Shown here in pieces: positions 17,820 to 28,879 of a stretch of 64,000 bases of DNA. Positions within the stretch are counted from its first letter, which is position 1; the number at the start of each line of letters is the position of its first letter. Source of the DNA: Coleofasciculus sp. B1-GNL1-01 (GTDB lineage Bacteria; Cyanobacteriota; Cyanobacteriia; Cyanobacteriales; Coleofasciculaceae); the NCBI GenBank assembly GCA_040220235.1, contig JAVJTO010000157.1; one strand, written 5' to 3'. The position numbers and the translations under genes were made by a program. The notes below the pieces were generated by a model that was not told the DNA's origin, ran no database searches, and was given only the letters and a program-made list of their open reading frames with translations.

Positions 17820-19943
17820 TTATCGTCGTCGCAACACCATCACCGATCGCGCAGTAACTGGAATCGGCTTATCCTCGGTATAGATGATTTCTTCCTCGAC
17901 AAAGCGAGGCTTGTCGGTGTCAATCACCACCACCCATTCTCTGGCTTGCAATCCTGGAGGGAGCGTAAATTCAATCATCTCATAGTGAGCATTGAAGCAG
18001 ATGAAGAAACTCTCATCCATGACTCGTTCCCCCTCCTCTCCTGGCGTGGCAATTTCTTCACCATTTAAGAAAATACCGATCGCCTTGGTATACCCCGCCA
18101 TCCATTGATCCTCGGTCATGTCGCCACCGTCGGGGTTAAACCAACCAATGTCCTTAACGCTAGAACCATGAATCGCTCGACCGAGAAACCACTTGCGTCG
18201 TCGGAATGTCGGATGCTGGCGGCGGAAATAGATCAGTTGACGGGTGAAGTCTAAGAGTGCCGCATTTTCCTCCGGTAAATCCCAATCAAACCAAGAGATT
18301 TTACTATCCTGACAGTAGGCATTATTATTCCCCCCTTGCGATCGCCCAATTTCATCGCCGCCTAGTAACATGGGGACACCTTGGGATAACATCAGCGTGA
18401 CCAAAAAGTTGCGCCGTTGTCTATTCCTTAACTGGAGAATCTCTGAATCATCGGTTTCGCCTTCCGCCCCACAATTCCAGGAACGGTTATGGCTTTCCCC
18501 ATCCTGATTTTCTTCCCCATTTGCCTCGTTATGTTTTTCGTTATAACTTACCAGGTCGTTCAGGGTAAATCCATCATGGGCGGTAATGAAATTAATGCTA
18601 GCACTCGGTCGTCGTCCATTGGACTCATACAAGTCAGAACTTCCCGTGAACCGATAGGCAAATTCGGCTAAACTGCTATCTTCACCACGCCAAAAATCGC
18701 GCACGGTATCCCGATATTTCCCATTCCATTCAGACCATAGCAAAGGGAATTTACCCACTTGATAGCCCCCCATGCCCACATCCCAGGGTTCAGCAATCAG
18801 CTTCACATTCGAGAGGACTGGGTCTTGGTGAATAATATCAAAGAATGCCGCCAGACTGTCCACCTCATAGAGTTCTCGCGCCAACGCCGAGGCTAAGTCA
18901 AAGCGGAAGCCATCCACATGCATCTGTAGCACCCAATAGCGCAGGCTATCCATAATTAGCTTTAGGACTTGGGGATGACGCACGTTCAGGGAATTTCCAC
19001 ACCCAGTAAAATCCATGTAGTAGCGAGGATCATCTTCCATGGTGCGGTAGTATGCCACATTGTCAATGCCGCGCAGGGAAAGCGTCGGACCCAGATGATT
19101 GCCTTCGCCAGTATGATTGTAGACGACATCCAGAATCACCTCAATCCCCGCTTTATGCAGCGCCTTGACCATTTCCTTAAACTCACGCACCTGTTGCCCT
19201 TGAGTACCACTGGCGCTGTAGTTGGCATGGGGCGCGAGATAGGCGATGGAATCATACCCCCAGTAATTCTTTAACTCTTTATCCACCAAATGTCCCGGTT
19301 GGGACAAAAAGTGATGCACGGGGAGCAATTCTACTGCCGTAATCCCCAAGGTCTGAAGATAGGCGATCGCGGCAGGATGGGCAAGTCCCGCATAAGTTCC
19401 CCGTAGCGGTTCGGGGATGTCTGGGTTTAGCTTCGTGAAGCCCCTAACATGGGTTTCGTAAATAATCGTTTCGTGAGCCTGTCGTTGCAGCAGTTCGTCC
19501 TCTTCCCAGTCAAAAGACTCATCGACAACCACGGCTTTGGGTATCAGATGAGCATCATCACGTTCAGACAAGACCAAGTCTTTTTCTGGATCATCCCACG
19601 GATAACCAAAGATTTCCTCCCCGTAGCCAATCTCGCCATCCAATGCCTTAGCATAAGGGTCAATCAGCAGTTTATTGGGATTGAAGCGATGACCCTCCTC
19701 CGGTGCAACCGGACCATGGACGCGGAAACCGTACCGTTGTCCCGGACCGATACCCGGTAAATAACCATGCCAGACGAAGTTGCTGACTTCCGTCAACTCG
19801 AAGCGTGTCTCCTCATCCTGATCATCGAATAAACAAAGCTCGACAGCCGTTGCGTTCTCACTGAACAAGGCAAAATTTGTGCCTTTACCATCCCAGGTTG
19901 CTCCTAAAGGGTAACTTTTACCGGGCCAAACGGGTACGTACAT
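17820..19943 (-). CDS. glgX: Glycogen debranching enzyme (isoamylase)
   Basis: NYWGY, DVVYNH, DGFRFDLA, IAEPWD, TAHDGF. Confidence 0.96.
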   Translation of the reverse strand: MYVPVWPGKSYPLGATWDGKGTNFALFSENATAVELCLFDDQDEETRFELTEVSNFVWHGYLPGIGPGQRYGFRVHGPVAPEEGHRFNPNKLLIDPYAKALDGEIGYGEEIFGYPWDDPEKDLVLSERDDAHLIPKAVVVDESFDWEEDELLQRQAHETIIYETHVRGFTKLNPDIPEPLRGTYAGLAHPAAIAYLQTLGITAVELLPVHHFLSQPGHLVDKELKNYWGYDSIAYLAPHANYSASGTQGQQVREFKEMVKALHKAGIEVILDVVYNHTGEGNHLGPTLSLRGIDNVAYYRTMEDDPRYYMDFTGCGNSLNVRHPQVLKLIMDSLRYWVLQMHVDGFRFDLASALARELYEVDSLAAFFDIIHQDPVLSNVKLIAEPWDVGMGGYQVGKFPLLWSEWNGKYRDTVRDFWRGEDSSLAEFAYRFTGSSDLYESNGRRPSASINFITAHDGFTLNDLVSYNEKHNEANGEENQDGESHNRSWNCGAEGETDDSEILQLRNRQRRNFLVTLMLSQGVPMLLGGDEIGRSQGGNNNAYCQDSKISWFDWDLPEENAALLDFTRQLIYFRRQHPTFRRRKWFLGRAIHGSSVKDIGWFNPDGGDMTEDQWMAGYTKAIGIFLNGEEIATPGEEGERVMDESFFICFNAHYEMIEFTLPPGLQAREWVVVIDTDKPRFVEEEIIYTEDKPIPVTARSVMVLRRR

Positions 19944-20286
19944 GCATGAACCTCCTTACTCCATCACTATAAAATACTCAAGCTAAAGGCAACCTTTCTC
20001 CTAAGCCGTAAGATGGATCTAATTACTTATCGCATTTGCGCCTGATCAGGATCAACCTATAATTTTGCAGATTATTCCCTTCCCTAACAATAGATGCAGT
20101 TGATTAGTAATGGGTAGATCAGCCAATCAATTGTTTTGGGGAGTGGTAGGGTTAACGACTGCTTTGAGACATCAAACATCTAACAGAATGGGTCTGCGCT
20201 GATGGATGAAACGTTGATTACACCCAATGGTATACCTTTAAACTGTTCAATCACTAATCCTTAATGTCTAAGCAATTCTAACGAAC

Positions 20287-21093
20287 ATGAATCTCCCCGA
20301 CCACTATGTCGCATTGATGATTGGTAACTCTCGGCTGCACTGGGCTTGGTTTGCGGGAGATACGCTCCAAGAGGCTTGGGATACCCAGCATTTCCCAGCC
20401 GCAGAGGTGGAATCAATCATTCAACACTGGACATCTGGTCTTTTACCTACCACCATCTTCGGTGAACCATTCGTTTGTGAGTATTCTTCCAATCCATACC
20501 TACCCCTTTATATCGCTTCAGTCATTCCTGAGCAAACTCTATTGTGGCAAACTTATCCAGTTGCCCACGTTATTACTCTAGAGGATGTACCTCTGTTAGG
20601 CGTCTATCCCACCTTGGGTATTGATCGCGCCCTCGCTGTGTTAGGGGCGGGAGAAACCTATAATTATCCGGTGCTGGTGATTGATGCGGGTACAGCACTA
20701 ACCGTTACGGGTGTTGATGATCGTCGCCATCTTGTCGGCGGCGCTATTTTACCGGGACTCAAATTACAACTTGAATCCTTAGCCCACAACACAGCCGCTT
20801 TACCGTCTATCTCACTGAAGCGCCAATTACCCAATCGTTGGGCGATAGATACCTTGACCGCGATTGAAAGTGGCGTTATTTATACTCTATTAGCAGGAAT
20901 TCGAGAGTTTATTGCCGATTGGTTGCATCGCTTCCCTAGCAGCCTAATTGCTTTCACGGGTGGGGACGCTGACTTATTACTCTACTATATACATAGTCGT
21001 TATCCTAGATTTTATCCTTATCTTGTTGCCGATCGCCACTTAATTTTTTGGGGAATTAAATTTGTGGCTATAACCCAGAATATTTCAGGTTAA
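20287..21093 (+). CDS. coaX: Type III pantothenate kinase
   Basis: IGNSR, LGIDR, VIDAGTA, GGAILPG, TGGD. Confidence 0.92.
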   Translation: MNLPDHYVALMIGNSRLHWAWFAGDTLQEAWDTQHFPAAEVESIIQHWTSGLLPTTIFGEPFVCEYSSNPYLPLYIASVIPEQTLLWQTYPVAHVITLEDVPLLGVYPTLGIDRALAVLGAGETYNYPVLVIDAGTALTVTGVDDRRHLVGGAILPGLKLQLESLAHNTAALPSISLKRQLPNRWAIDTLTAIESGVIYTLLAGIREFIADWLHRFPSSLIAFTGGDADLLLYYIHSRYPRFYPYLVADRHLIFWGIKFVAITQNISG

Positions 21094-21348
21094 GATGTAT
21101 AGCCGAAACGATAGATATTTATTTAGGGAAGACTAGATCGAGCGCCAAGACAACCACAAAATTCTCTATTGATAACATAGTGTTTAAGTTTTGTTTATCA
21201 AAAAATAATTTAATTAAGTTTTGTTGAAAAAATCTTTATCATTTTTTAGCGATAACTTCACAAAAAAAACACAGGTAATACACTGAATTTCTTAGTAAGT
21301 CTGGAATACTGGAAATAGGCAATGGTCAACAGTTAAGAGAATAAAAAA

Positions 21349-21531
21349 ATGTCCTTTTCTTACCAACTCCAGCTACTTGATCTAAAAGATATGGAAGAAA
21401 ATCTTGAAGAACTCCTTTCTAGATGTCGTCAAATCCGACAGGGTTCAGGCGATGACCAAGACACCGAGGTACGACATCAAACCGCTTCTGCTGACCAAGA
21501 GTCAGACTCAGACGATACATACTGGAGTTGA
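21349..21531 (+). CDS. Small acidic hypothetical protein
   Basis: 60-aa ORF after an AT-rich promoter-like region; no motif recognised. Confidence 0.45.
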   Translation: MSFSYQLQLLDLKDMEENLEELLSRCRQIRQGSGDDQDTEVRHQTASADQESDSDDTYWS

Positions 21532-21656
21532 GCATTCGGGAGCGCGATCGCATTAGCTAGATTAATTGGCAAGCCTTTGAGGAGTGACCCAAATGCTTGC
21601 CTCTAAATTATGCAAATTTTGCACGTTCTGTCAAGTTATTTTACTGAACCGACACT

Positions 21657-22256
21657 CTAGCTGCCGTAGAGAGTAATCATTTCATCCGGTTCCACCACAA
21701 CCACTCGGTCAGCCGTAACATTACCCGCAACACCACCAGCGACAGCGCCGCCAATGATTTCTTCAATGTCCGCATCGCCGAAAACTTCACCTAATATCGC
21801 CCCACCAGCAGCACCGATACCCGCATCTTCTGCAATTGATCCGGCGGAGGTGTCCCGTGGGTCTTTTTGGTCTTCTATCACCTCTGAAGTAGCATCCAGG
21901 TTGTAGGTGCGACCATTCATTCTCACGCCTGTCGCCACATAGCGTAATCCTCCACTCGCTGGTTCATAGCGACCCAAAATAGTTGCACCAGCCGGAATAT
22001 ACATCCCATCGACAGTGGTGCCACGGGCAACTTCCAGATTGTACGAATAAGTCCTGTCATTATTCAAATGAAGCGTCTGGCTTTGAGCGCTCGTTGCTGG
22101 AATAGCAGCCGTCTGAGCGACTACCATCTGGTTTTGAGCCTGTGCTACCTCAGATACCAGCAACGGTGTACCGAAAAGTAAAGCAGAACCAGCCGCTAGT
22201 GCAGAAATTCCTCGTGTCAGGGAGTTTTTTGAAGCTTGCGAATTTTGATAGAACAT
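21657..22256 (-). CDS. Secreted hypothetical protein with a glycine-zipper-like C-terminus
   Basis: Signal peptide ending AQA; GIGAAGGAILG..GGAVAGG. Confidence 0.75.
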   Translation of the reverse strand: MFYQNSQASKNSLTRGISALAAGSALLFGTPLLVSEVAQAQNQMVVAQTAAIPATSAQSQTLHLNNDRTYSYNLEVARGTTVDGMYIPAGATILGRYEPASGGLRYVATGVRMNGRTYNLDATSEVIEDQKDPRDTSAGSIAEDAGIGAAGGAILGEVFGDADIEEIIGGAVAGGVAGNVTADRVVVVEPDEMITLYGS

Positions 22257-22529
22257 AGCGTATAGACCTTTATTAAACGACTCATCTAATTCTATGTTCG
22301 CTCTGTTCCGGAGTTTTCTACATCCCTTGATAGTTAGAAAAATCAGAAATCTTTTCTCTTATTAAAGTAGTATTTCACCTGCTACCCAACCTTATTGGCT
22401 GGGGTTAAATCAGTTGAAGGATTGCATTTGCCTGTTTCCGAGTGACAAATTTTACTTACGACAGAGGTGAGTTAGTTCTAGATTAGATAGCCTTGACCAT
22501 GAGGTGTATGGAAGGCAAGCTTATCCACC

Positions 22530-24110
22530 ATGAATTATTTTAAACTGAAAGAAAATGGCGTACTCCAAACATTTTCCTCAGGATTGCTAGCTGCCGTCAC
22601 GTTAACAGCGCTCACAGCCTGCGCGACCGATCAGATTGAGAGTCGCCCACTCACGACAACAGACTCTCCCACGGCTGTCGCTGTAGCAGACGAACAGTTA
22701 GCCGATAGCGAGATTACAGAAACAATTAAGGGTGAATTTTTAGTGGCGCGAGGCGTTCCCTCTGACGCTATTGAAGTGGAAACTAACGAAGGGATTGTTA
22801 CTTTATCCGGTTCAGTCAATAATATCCTCGCCAAAGACCGCGCCCAACGGATTACTGAAATGATTAAAGGTGTGAGATCTATCGTCAATACTATCAATGT
22901 CGCACCATCAGGGCAATCTGATATAGAAATTTCTGGGGATATTTCCGCCGCCCTTGCTGCTGACCCCGCAACGGAAAGTTGGGAAATCAATTCTACGGTC
23001 AATAATGGTATAGTCACCCTAACCGGTAGCGTTGATTCCTGGCAAGAGAAACAACTGGTGGCAAAGGTTGTCAAAGGGGTGAGAGGAGTCACTGGACTGG
23101 AAAATAATATCTCAGTAAATCCAGATGTTGTCCGTCCCGATAATGAAATTCGCGAAGAAGTTGAGGACGCGCTGCAATGGGATGCACGAGTGGATGATGG
23201 ACTGATTGAGGTTAGCGTTAATGATGGTATTGTTACCCTCGGTGGTTCAGTCGGTAGTCTCCATGAAAAATCCCTCGCCACTGCAGACGCTTATGTGACG
23301 GGTGTGAGTTCCGTGGTGAATGATCCGTTAACGGTTGAGTGGTGGGCGCGTGATCAAATGATCCGCAAGCAGATGTATGCGGATGCAACTGACGAGGAAA
23401 TTCAGGATGCGGTTAAGGATGCGTTACTGTATGACCCCCGTGTGGCTAGCTTTAATGTGAATGTGGCTGTAGATAATGGCGAGGTTATGCTCACGGGTAA
23501 CGTTGATAATCTAAAAGCTAAGAACGCGGCGGCACAAGATGCGAGTAATACGCTGGGTGTCTGGAACGTAGAAAACCAGATTAATGTACAACCTGTTGAC
23601 GAAGTAAGCCAGAGTGATATCACTACCAATGTGAAGAATGCACTTGAGCGTGATCCTTATGTGGAAGCGAGTGAAGTTGATGTGGCGGTGAGTGATAGCA
23701 TGGTTACTCTCACGGGTGTGGTTGATTCCTACTTTGAGAAGTGGCAAGCGGGTGATGCGGCTGTTCGGGTTAGAGGTGCGCTGGCGGTGGATAATAATCT
23801 CACCGTTGACTACGAACAATTAACTTATGAGACTTCTTTCTACGATTGGGACCCGACAGTCTATGACTATGATTATGCGATCGCGTCCAAAACTGATGCC
23901 GAAATCGCTGAAGATATAGGAGATGAGTTGTATTGGTCTCCTTTCGTTGACCGCGACGAGGTGACGGTGGCGGTGGATAATGGAGTTGCCACGTTAACGG
24001 GTAATGTGGATACCTGGAATGAACGCAATCAAGCCACGGAAGAAGCCTACGAAGGCGGCGCGATGAGTGTGATTAATCAGCTTGATGTTGATTATGATAT
24101 TCAGTCCTAA
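22530..24110 (+). CDS. Multi-BON-domain lipoprotein (about six BON domains)
   Basis: Lipobox LTAC; repeated GxVTLxGxVD...GV..V.N motifs. Confidence 0.9.
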   Translation: MNYFKLKENGVLQTFSSGLLAAVTLTALTACATDQIESRPLTTTDSPTAVAVADEQLADSEITETIKGEFLVARGVPSDAIEVETNEGIVTLSGSVNNILAKDRAQRITEMIKGVRSIVNTINVAPSGQSDIEISGDISAALAADPATESWEINSTVNNGIVTLTGSVDSWQEKQLVAKVVKGVRGVTGLENNISVNPDVVRPDNEIREEVEDALQWDARVDDGLIEVSVNDGIVTLGGSVGSLHEKSLATADAYVTGVSSVVNDPLTVEWWARDQMIRKQMYADATDEEIQDAVKDALLYDPRVASFNVNVAVDNGEVMLTGNVDNLKAKNAAAQDASNTLGVWNVENQINVQPVDEVSQSDITTNVKNALERDPYVEASEVDVAVSDSMVTLTGVVDSYFEKWQAGDAAVRVRGALAVDNNLTVDYEQLTYETSFYDWDPTVYDYDYAIASKTDAEIAEDIGDELYWSPFVDRDEVTVAVDNGVATLTGNVDTWNERNQATEEAYEGGAMSVINQLDVDYDIQS

Positions 24111-24386
24111 TCGGCAGATTGGCGAAAATTAAGAAAAAACCTCTCACCGGATGAGAAGCTAGCTGAAGTGTTGAGCCATCCTGCTTTTAGCCCATTTCTT
24201 CTTGTCACAGATAAGGTCAAAGATAGGGGTTGTTTCTGGGGGACCAGCCCCCCATACCCCCCGCGCAACGCTTCGCTTGAATATATCTCATCGGGTGGTC
24301 TTCATCTGTCAATAAGGCTTCATCTTTGGAGATGCTAATGTCGCTCAAAGCCTTATTTAAAAAGTTTTAGACGGCTTGTCACTCCT

Positions 24387-24465
24387 TCAGAAAAAACCCT
24401 CAACGCGAAGGAGAAATAGGCGTTGAGGGGAGTCATCAGGGTGCATCTACCTTTCCCTCCTTCTC
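24387..24465 (-). other. Candidate sRNA or 19-aa small ORF with terminator-like hairpin
   Basis: AGGAGG upstream of ATG(24446)..TGA(24387); hairpin CCCTCAACGC/GCGTTGAGGG followed by T6. Confidence 0.45.
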
Positions 24466-24670
24466 TATATGCCTGACTGTATCCGGAAAAACGCGAAATC
24501 CAGGGGGGAGAGAAGGCAGAAGGCAGCAGGAAATAATGATTGTTTAGAGGGACTGGATATTAAATCCTGAATCATTTTCATAAGCTATTTAAATCTAAAA
24601 CATCCAATTAATATGTAAAGATAATTAAAAAGCAGAGTAAATGAAGTTTATATAAGAAAGGAGACAACCG

Positions 24671-26398
24671 ATGGTCGCAGTAGCAGAGGGAATTCAGCGT
24701 CGGTTGACGATGCAAACCGTCGAAATTGCCCCGGATACCACAGCAATCCGATCGCTGGATTGGGATCGCGATCGCTTTGATATAGAATTTGGGTTACAGA
24801 ATGGTACGACGTATAACTCGTTCCTGATTCAGAGTGAAAAAACGGCGTTGGTGGATACGTCCCATGAAAAGTTTCGCCAACTCTACCTCGATACATTGAC
24901 GGGATTAATTGACCCAGCCAGATTAGATTATTTGGTGGTTAGCCACACGGAACCGGATCATAGTGGCTTAGTTAAAGATATTTTGGCGCTTGCCCCCAAT
25001 ATTACGGTGGTGGGTTCAAAAGTGGCGATCCAATTCCTGGAAAATTGGGTGAATCAGCCGTTTCAATCGCAAATCGTCAAAAATGGCGATCGCGTTGATT
25101 TAGGAAATGGGCATATCCTAGAAGCCGTCATTGCGCCCAATCTCCATTGGCCCGATACGATATTCACCTATGATACCAAAACCCAGGTTCTATTTACCTG
25201 TGATGCTTTTGGGATGCACTACTGTGATGATTACACCTTCGATGAAGACATAGACCTGATCGAAAATGACTTTAAATATTACTATGACTGTTTAATGGGT
25301 CCCAATGCCCGTTCGGTGCTATCCGCCCTGAAACGGATGGACAAGTTACCCGAAATTAGCACCATTGCCACAGGTCATGGTCCCTTACTCTATCACAACC
25401 TAAGTGAACTCACCGGACGGTATCGGCGCTGGAGTGAGGAACAGGCAAAAGCTGACACGACGGTTGCTGTATTTTACTTATCGGATTACGGATATAGCGA
25501 TCGCCTCTCCCAAGCGATTGCCCATGGGATTACTAAAACTGGTGTAGCGGTGGATATGATGGACTTGCGATCGGCTGATCCGCAAGAGATTAAGGAATTG
25601 ATGAGTATTGCGTCTGGGGTGGTGATGGGTACACCGCCAACAACGGGAGAGGTAGCTTCTGTCGCCCAAACTGCGATGGGTACAATTTTAGGGGCGACGA
25701 ATCCGAAGCAATCCTTTGGTGTGTTTGAATCGGGGGCGGGTGAGAGTGAATCGGCGTATCTATTGGTGAATAAGTTTCGGGATTTAGGACTAACGCCAGG
25801 ATTTGCGCCAATTTTAGTTAAGGATACGCCTGATGAACAGGTTTATCAGTTATGTGAAGAAGCGGGGACTGATTTAGGACAATGGTTGTCACGCGATCGC
25901 ACGATTAAGCAAACGAAGTCCCTGGATAGTGATTTGGATAAAGCCTTGGGGCGAATCAGCAGTGGGCTATATGTTATTACTGCCAAAAAGGGCAATATCA
26001 GCAGTGCGATGGTAGCGTCGTGGGTAGCGCAAGCCTCATTTAAACCCTTGGGTGTCTCGGTGGCGGTGGCAAAGGATCGGGCGATCGAGTCGTTTATGTA
26101 TGTGGGCGATCGCTTTGTTCTCAATGTCTTGGAAGCCGGGAATTACCAAGGGCTAATGAAGCATTTCCTCAAGCGTTTCCCGCCCGGTGCCAACCGTTTT
26201 GAGGGGATTAAAACCTATTCTGCCAGCAATGGTTCTCCGATTTTAGCTGATGCTTTAGCCTATATGGAATGTGAAGTAAAAAGTCGCTTAGATTGTGGCG
26301 ATCACTGGACAATTTATGCCACTGTTTCGGCGGGACGACTTTCTAAGACGGATGCGATGACGGCGGTACATCATCGTAAGGTGGGGAATCATTATTAG
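24671..26398 (+). CDS. flv3: Flavodiiron protein, Flv3-type
   Basis: RSLDWDRDRFDIEFGLQNGTTYNS, canonical HTEPDH, flavodoxin and flavin-reductase domains, HHRKVGNHY end. Confidence 0.88.
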   Translation: MVAVAEGIQRRLTMQTVEIAPDTTAIRSLDWDRDRFDIEFGLQNGTTYNSFLIQSEKTALVDTSHEKFRQLYLDTLTGLIDPARLDYLVVSHTEPDHSGLVKDILALAPNITVVGSKVAIQFLENWVNQPFQSQIVKNGDRVDLGNGHILEAVIAPNLHWPDTIFTYDTKTQVLFTCDAFGMHYCDDYTFDEDIDLIENDFKYYYDCLMGPNARSVLSALKRMDKLPEISTIATGHGPLLYHNLSELTGRYRRWSEEQAKADTTVAVFYLSDYGYSDRLSQAIAHGITKTGVAVDMMDLRSADPQEIKELMSIASGVVMGTPPTTGEVASVAQTAMGTILGATNPKQSFGVFESGAGESESAYLLVNKFRDLGLTPGFAPILVKDTPDEQVYQLCEEAGTDLGQWLSRDRTIKQTKSLDSDLDKALGRISSGLYVITAKKGNISSAMVASWVAQASFKPLGVSVAVAKDRAIESFMYVGDRFVLNVLEAGNYQGLMKHFLKRFPPGANRFEGIKTYSASNGSPILADALAYMECEVKSRLDCGDHWTIYATVSAGRLSKTDAMTAVHHRKVGNHY

Positions 26399-26419
26399 TC
26401 ATTTGTCATTTGTCATTTG

Positions 26420-27340
26420 TCATTTGTCCTTGGTTGGTGATGAATGGGTGCGATCGCATCGCTGAACTTGTCGTGGTTTGTCTGCCTCTAATTCTTCTCG
26501 CAAGGATAGAGGATCATATCCTAACGCAAACGCCTTGGAACTATCCAAGGAAACATCTGAAGGTCTTGGCGCTGCCATTTTTACATCAGCTTGGCGACAA
26601 GATTTTAATCTAGGTTTAGGTAACTGTAACACATCAACCAGGAGACGACCAAAGTCATAACGTGATATCCGCTCTTTTCCCCCCAGATGCAGATATCCTT
26701 GAACCTGATCCAGGGCTAACAACAACCCTTTAGCTGCGGTGGTTCCACTCACAGGCGTGCGAAATTCATCAATAAATAACTTTAACTCTTTTCCCGCTTG
26801 TAACGTTTCAATAAATGGCTGAATAAAGCTGATTGCCGTTGGTGTCGCCTGACCAAACATTAACGGCATTCTGCAAATTGCTGTTTGAGGATAATGGGTT
26901 AACATCAGATTTTCAGCCCTAACTTTTTGCTCTCCGTAATAACTAATTGGCGAAACCGGATCAGTTTCCCGATAGGGTGGATTTAAACCGTTGAATACCA
27001 GATCAGTAGAGGTAAATACACAAGGAATACCATAATCTGCACACAGTCCCGCAATATCCCCCGATGCTGTAACATTTATGGCTTCCGTTTCCTGGGGATG
27101 CACCTGACAAAAATTGGGATTCGATTGAGCCGCCGTATGAATAACCGCGTCAGGTTTAACCGCTTGGAACATCTGTTTGAGTTCCCAAAAATTGGTTAAA
27201 TTAATCTTGATTATATTTAAGCCTGGACTATTAACAGACTTAGAACAGCAAGTCCCATAGACATTCCATTTTCGTTTAGATAACTGGCAAATATGCCATC
27301 CTAAAAACCCACTAGCCCCTGTCACTAATAACGTTTTCAT
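26420..27340 (-). CDS. RmlD-like NAD(P)-dependent oxidoreductase
   Basis: TGASGFLG, STDLVF, YGEQK, RPSDVSLD. Confidence 0.88.
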   Translation of the reverse strand: MKTLLVTGASGFLGWHICQLSKRKWNVYGTCCSKSVNSPGLNIIKINLTNFWELKQMFQAVKPDAVIHTAAQSNPNFCQVHPQETEAINVTASGDIAGLCADYGIPCVFTSTDLVFNGLNPPYRETDPVSPISYYGEQKVRAENLMLTHYPQTAICRMPLMFGQATPTAISFIQPFIETLQAGKELKLFIDEFRTPVSGTTAAKGLLLALDQVQGYLHLGGKERISRYDFGRLLVDVLQLPKPRLKSCRQADVKMAAPRPSDVSLDSSKAFALGYDPLSLREELEADKPRQVQRCDRTHSSPTKDK

Positions 27341-27645
27341 TTGTCATTCGTCGTTTATCATTTGTCAGTAGTGCGAGCATCTTGCTCGCTACTATAGCGC
27401 TACGCGCTGGTGTATTTACACATTAGAAATGGAGGCTTTATCAGGAGTAATTTAGAACATTTGTACTGTAACTACGCGAGAGCGTACTGCTATAAAACTT
27501 TCTCAGACTTGTTTCAGATGATGTCCGGACTCATCATCCCTAATAAAAATGTACGGGCTTTTTTACCAAGTACGGGCTTTGTTACCAAGCCCCTACTGTA
27601 ATTATGGGTATTCAACCGGACATGATATCACCTCCCATCACTCCA

Positions 27646-28023
27646 TCACTCACAGGTCAACACCTGATTAACAGGGGCAAAACCGTCAGGATCATCGTAC
27701 CCCACTAACTCAGAATAATAATTCTTGTTTTGCAGGAGAATAACCCGTGCCGTATCCAAGGGAGTATCATGAAATGTAAGTTCTCGTTTCGTTGTTAGAG
27801 TAATATTTTCATCAATAGTTGAGGGGAACTGTTCATAAGTAACAATTGTGCTTCCCTCGTCTTCTGTAAGAGTAATATATGCCCTCATGCCCAAAGGATT
27901 GGGTTTGCCAGACTCAGGATTATATTGACAGACTCTACTACTGCTAGAAGCGGCGCAACTCAACGGAAAAATCACAAAAGCCAGTAGCATGATCAATCGT
28001 GACAAATTAATTTTCATAATCAA
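27646..28023 (-). CDS. Hypothetical lipoprotein
   Basis: Hydrophobic signal with PLSC lipobox. Confidence 0.65.
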   Translation of the reverse strand: MIMKINLSRLIMLLAFVIFPLSCAASSSSRVCQYNPESGKPNPLGMRAYITLTEDEGSTIVTYEQFPSTIDENITLTTKRELTFHDTPLDTARVILLQNKNYYSELVGYDDPDGFAPVNQVLTCE

Positions 28024-28071
28024 GCCTTTGAATGAGTTTTGATGATGTCGAATGTCACAGACTTAAGGCTG

Positions 28072-28151
28072 GTGGGTTGAGCGAAGTCGAAGTGGGTTGA
28101 GCGAAGTCGAAGTGGGTTGAGCGAAGTCGAAGTGGGTTGAGCGAAGTCGAA
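28072..28151 (+). repeat. 4 x 20-bp tandem GTGGGTTGAGCGAAGTCGAA within a dispersed repeat
   Basis: Exact tandem copies; unamplified relative in reverse orientation at ~42125-42205. Confidence 0.9.
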
Positions 28152-28298
28152 ACCCACCCTACGGTATATCAAAGGTTTTGGTGATCTCACAATGCTTAAG
28201 GAGCGTGCCATTCGAGCTAAGTCTATATCGGATACGGTTTGCTTTTTGGCTATTAAACTGATAGTTTAACATAATAAGTTCTGTCAAACTTAACTATC

Positions 28299-28808
28299 AT
28301 GTCCACTGATTTTAGCATCCCTGATTTTAGGCGTTCAGCTCAGGTGTCTACTTATGCTAACTTGTACGATTTATTACGAAGCAAACGCTGGAAAGAGGCT
28401 GACATTGAAACTCGACGGTTAATGTTAACAATTGTCGGTGCGAATCAAAAACCCGACTGCTTACTCACTCAAGATAATATTCAGCAATTTCCCTGTCAGG
28501 ATCTGGTTTACATTGACCAACTTTGGCGATACTTCAGTGATGAGCGCTTTGGATTTCATCCGATTTATCAAATCTATGTAGAAGTTAATAAAGATTATAC
28601 GGCGTTGTCTGAACGGGTGGGTTGGCGTAGGGGTAGCAAATGGATCGGCTATAATGATGTCATTTTTACAGATGATGCACCAATTGGACATTTACCTATT
28701 ACTTGGTTAGTACCAACCACATTTTGGATGTATTGGCTGGCACGTTTTGCCAGTGTAGGTTGGCGTTTACTGTTGGAGCGTTGGGAAGTTTGTCACCCGT
28801 TAAAATAA
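28299..28808 (+). CDS. GUN4-domain protein
   Basis: WKEADIET, FPCQDL..IDQLW..S..RFGF, VGWR, APIGHLP. Confidence 0.88.
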   Translation: MSTDFSIPDFRRSAQVSTYANLYDLLRSKRWKEADIETRRLMLTIVGANQKPDCLLTQDNIQQFPCQDLVYIDQLWRYFSDERFGFHPIYQIYVEVNKDYTALSERVGWRRGSKWIGYNDVIFTDDAPIGHLPITWLVPTTFWMYWLARFASVGWRLLLERWEVCHPLK

Positions 28809-28879
28809 GCTCTATGCTGCTTTATTATTTAGCTTGAATCTATACAATTTATCAACTGACTATGATTTTTGTGCCAATT

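Noticed and set aside
19950..22500. Shared ATC..CT..AG-like motif upstream of glgX, the BON locus and the 54113 lipoprotein
   Set aside because: Too degenerate to define a consensus by eye.
22631..23281. 216-aa antisense ORF
   Set aside because: Lies wholly opposite the BON-domain gene, with no motif of its own.
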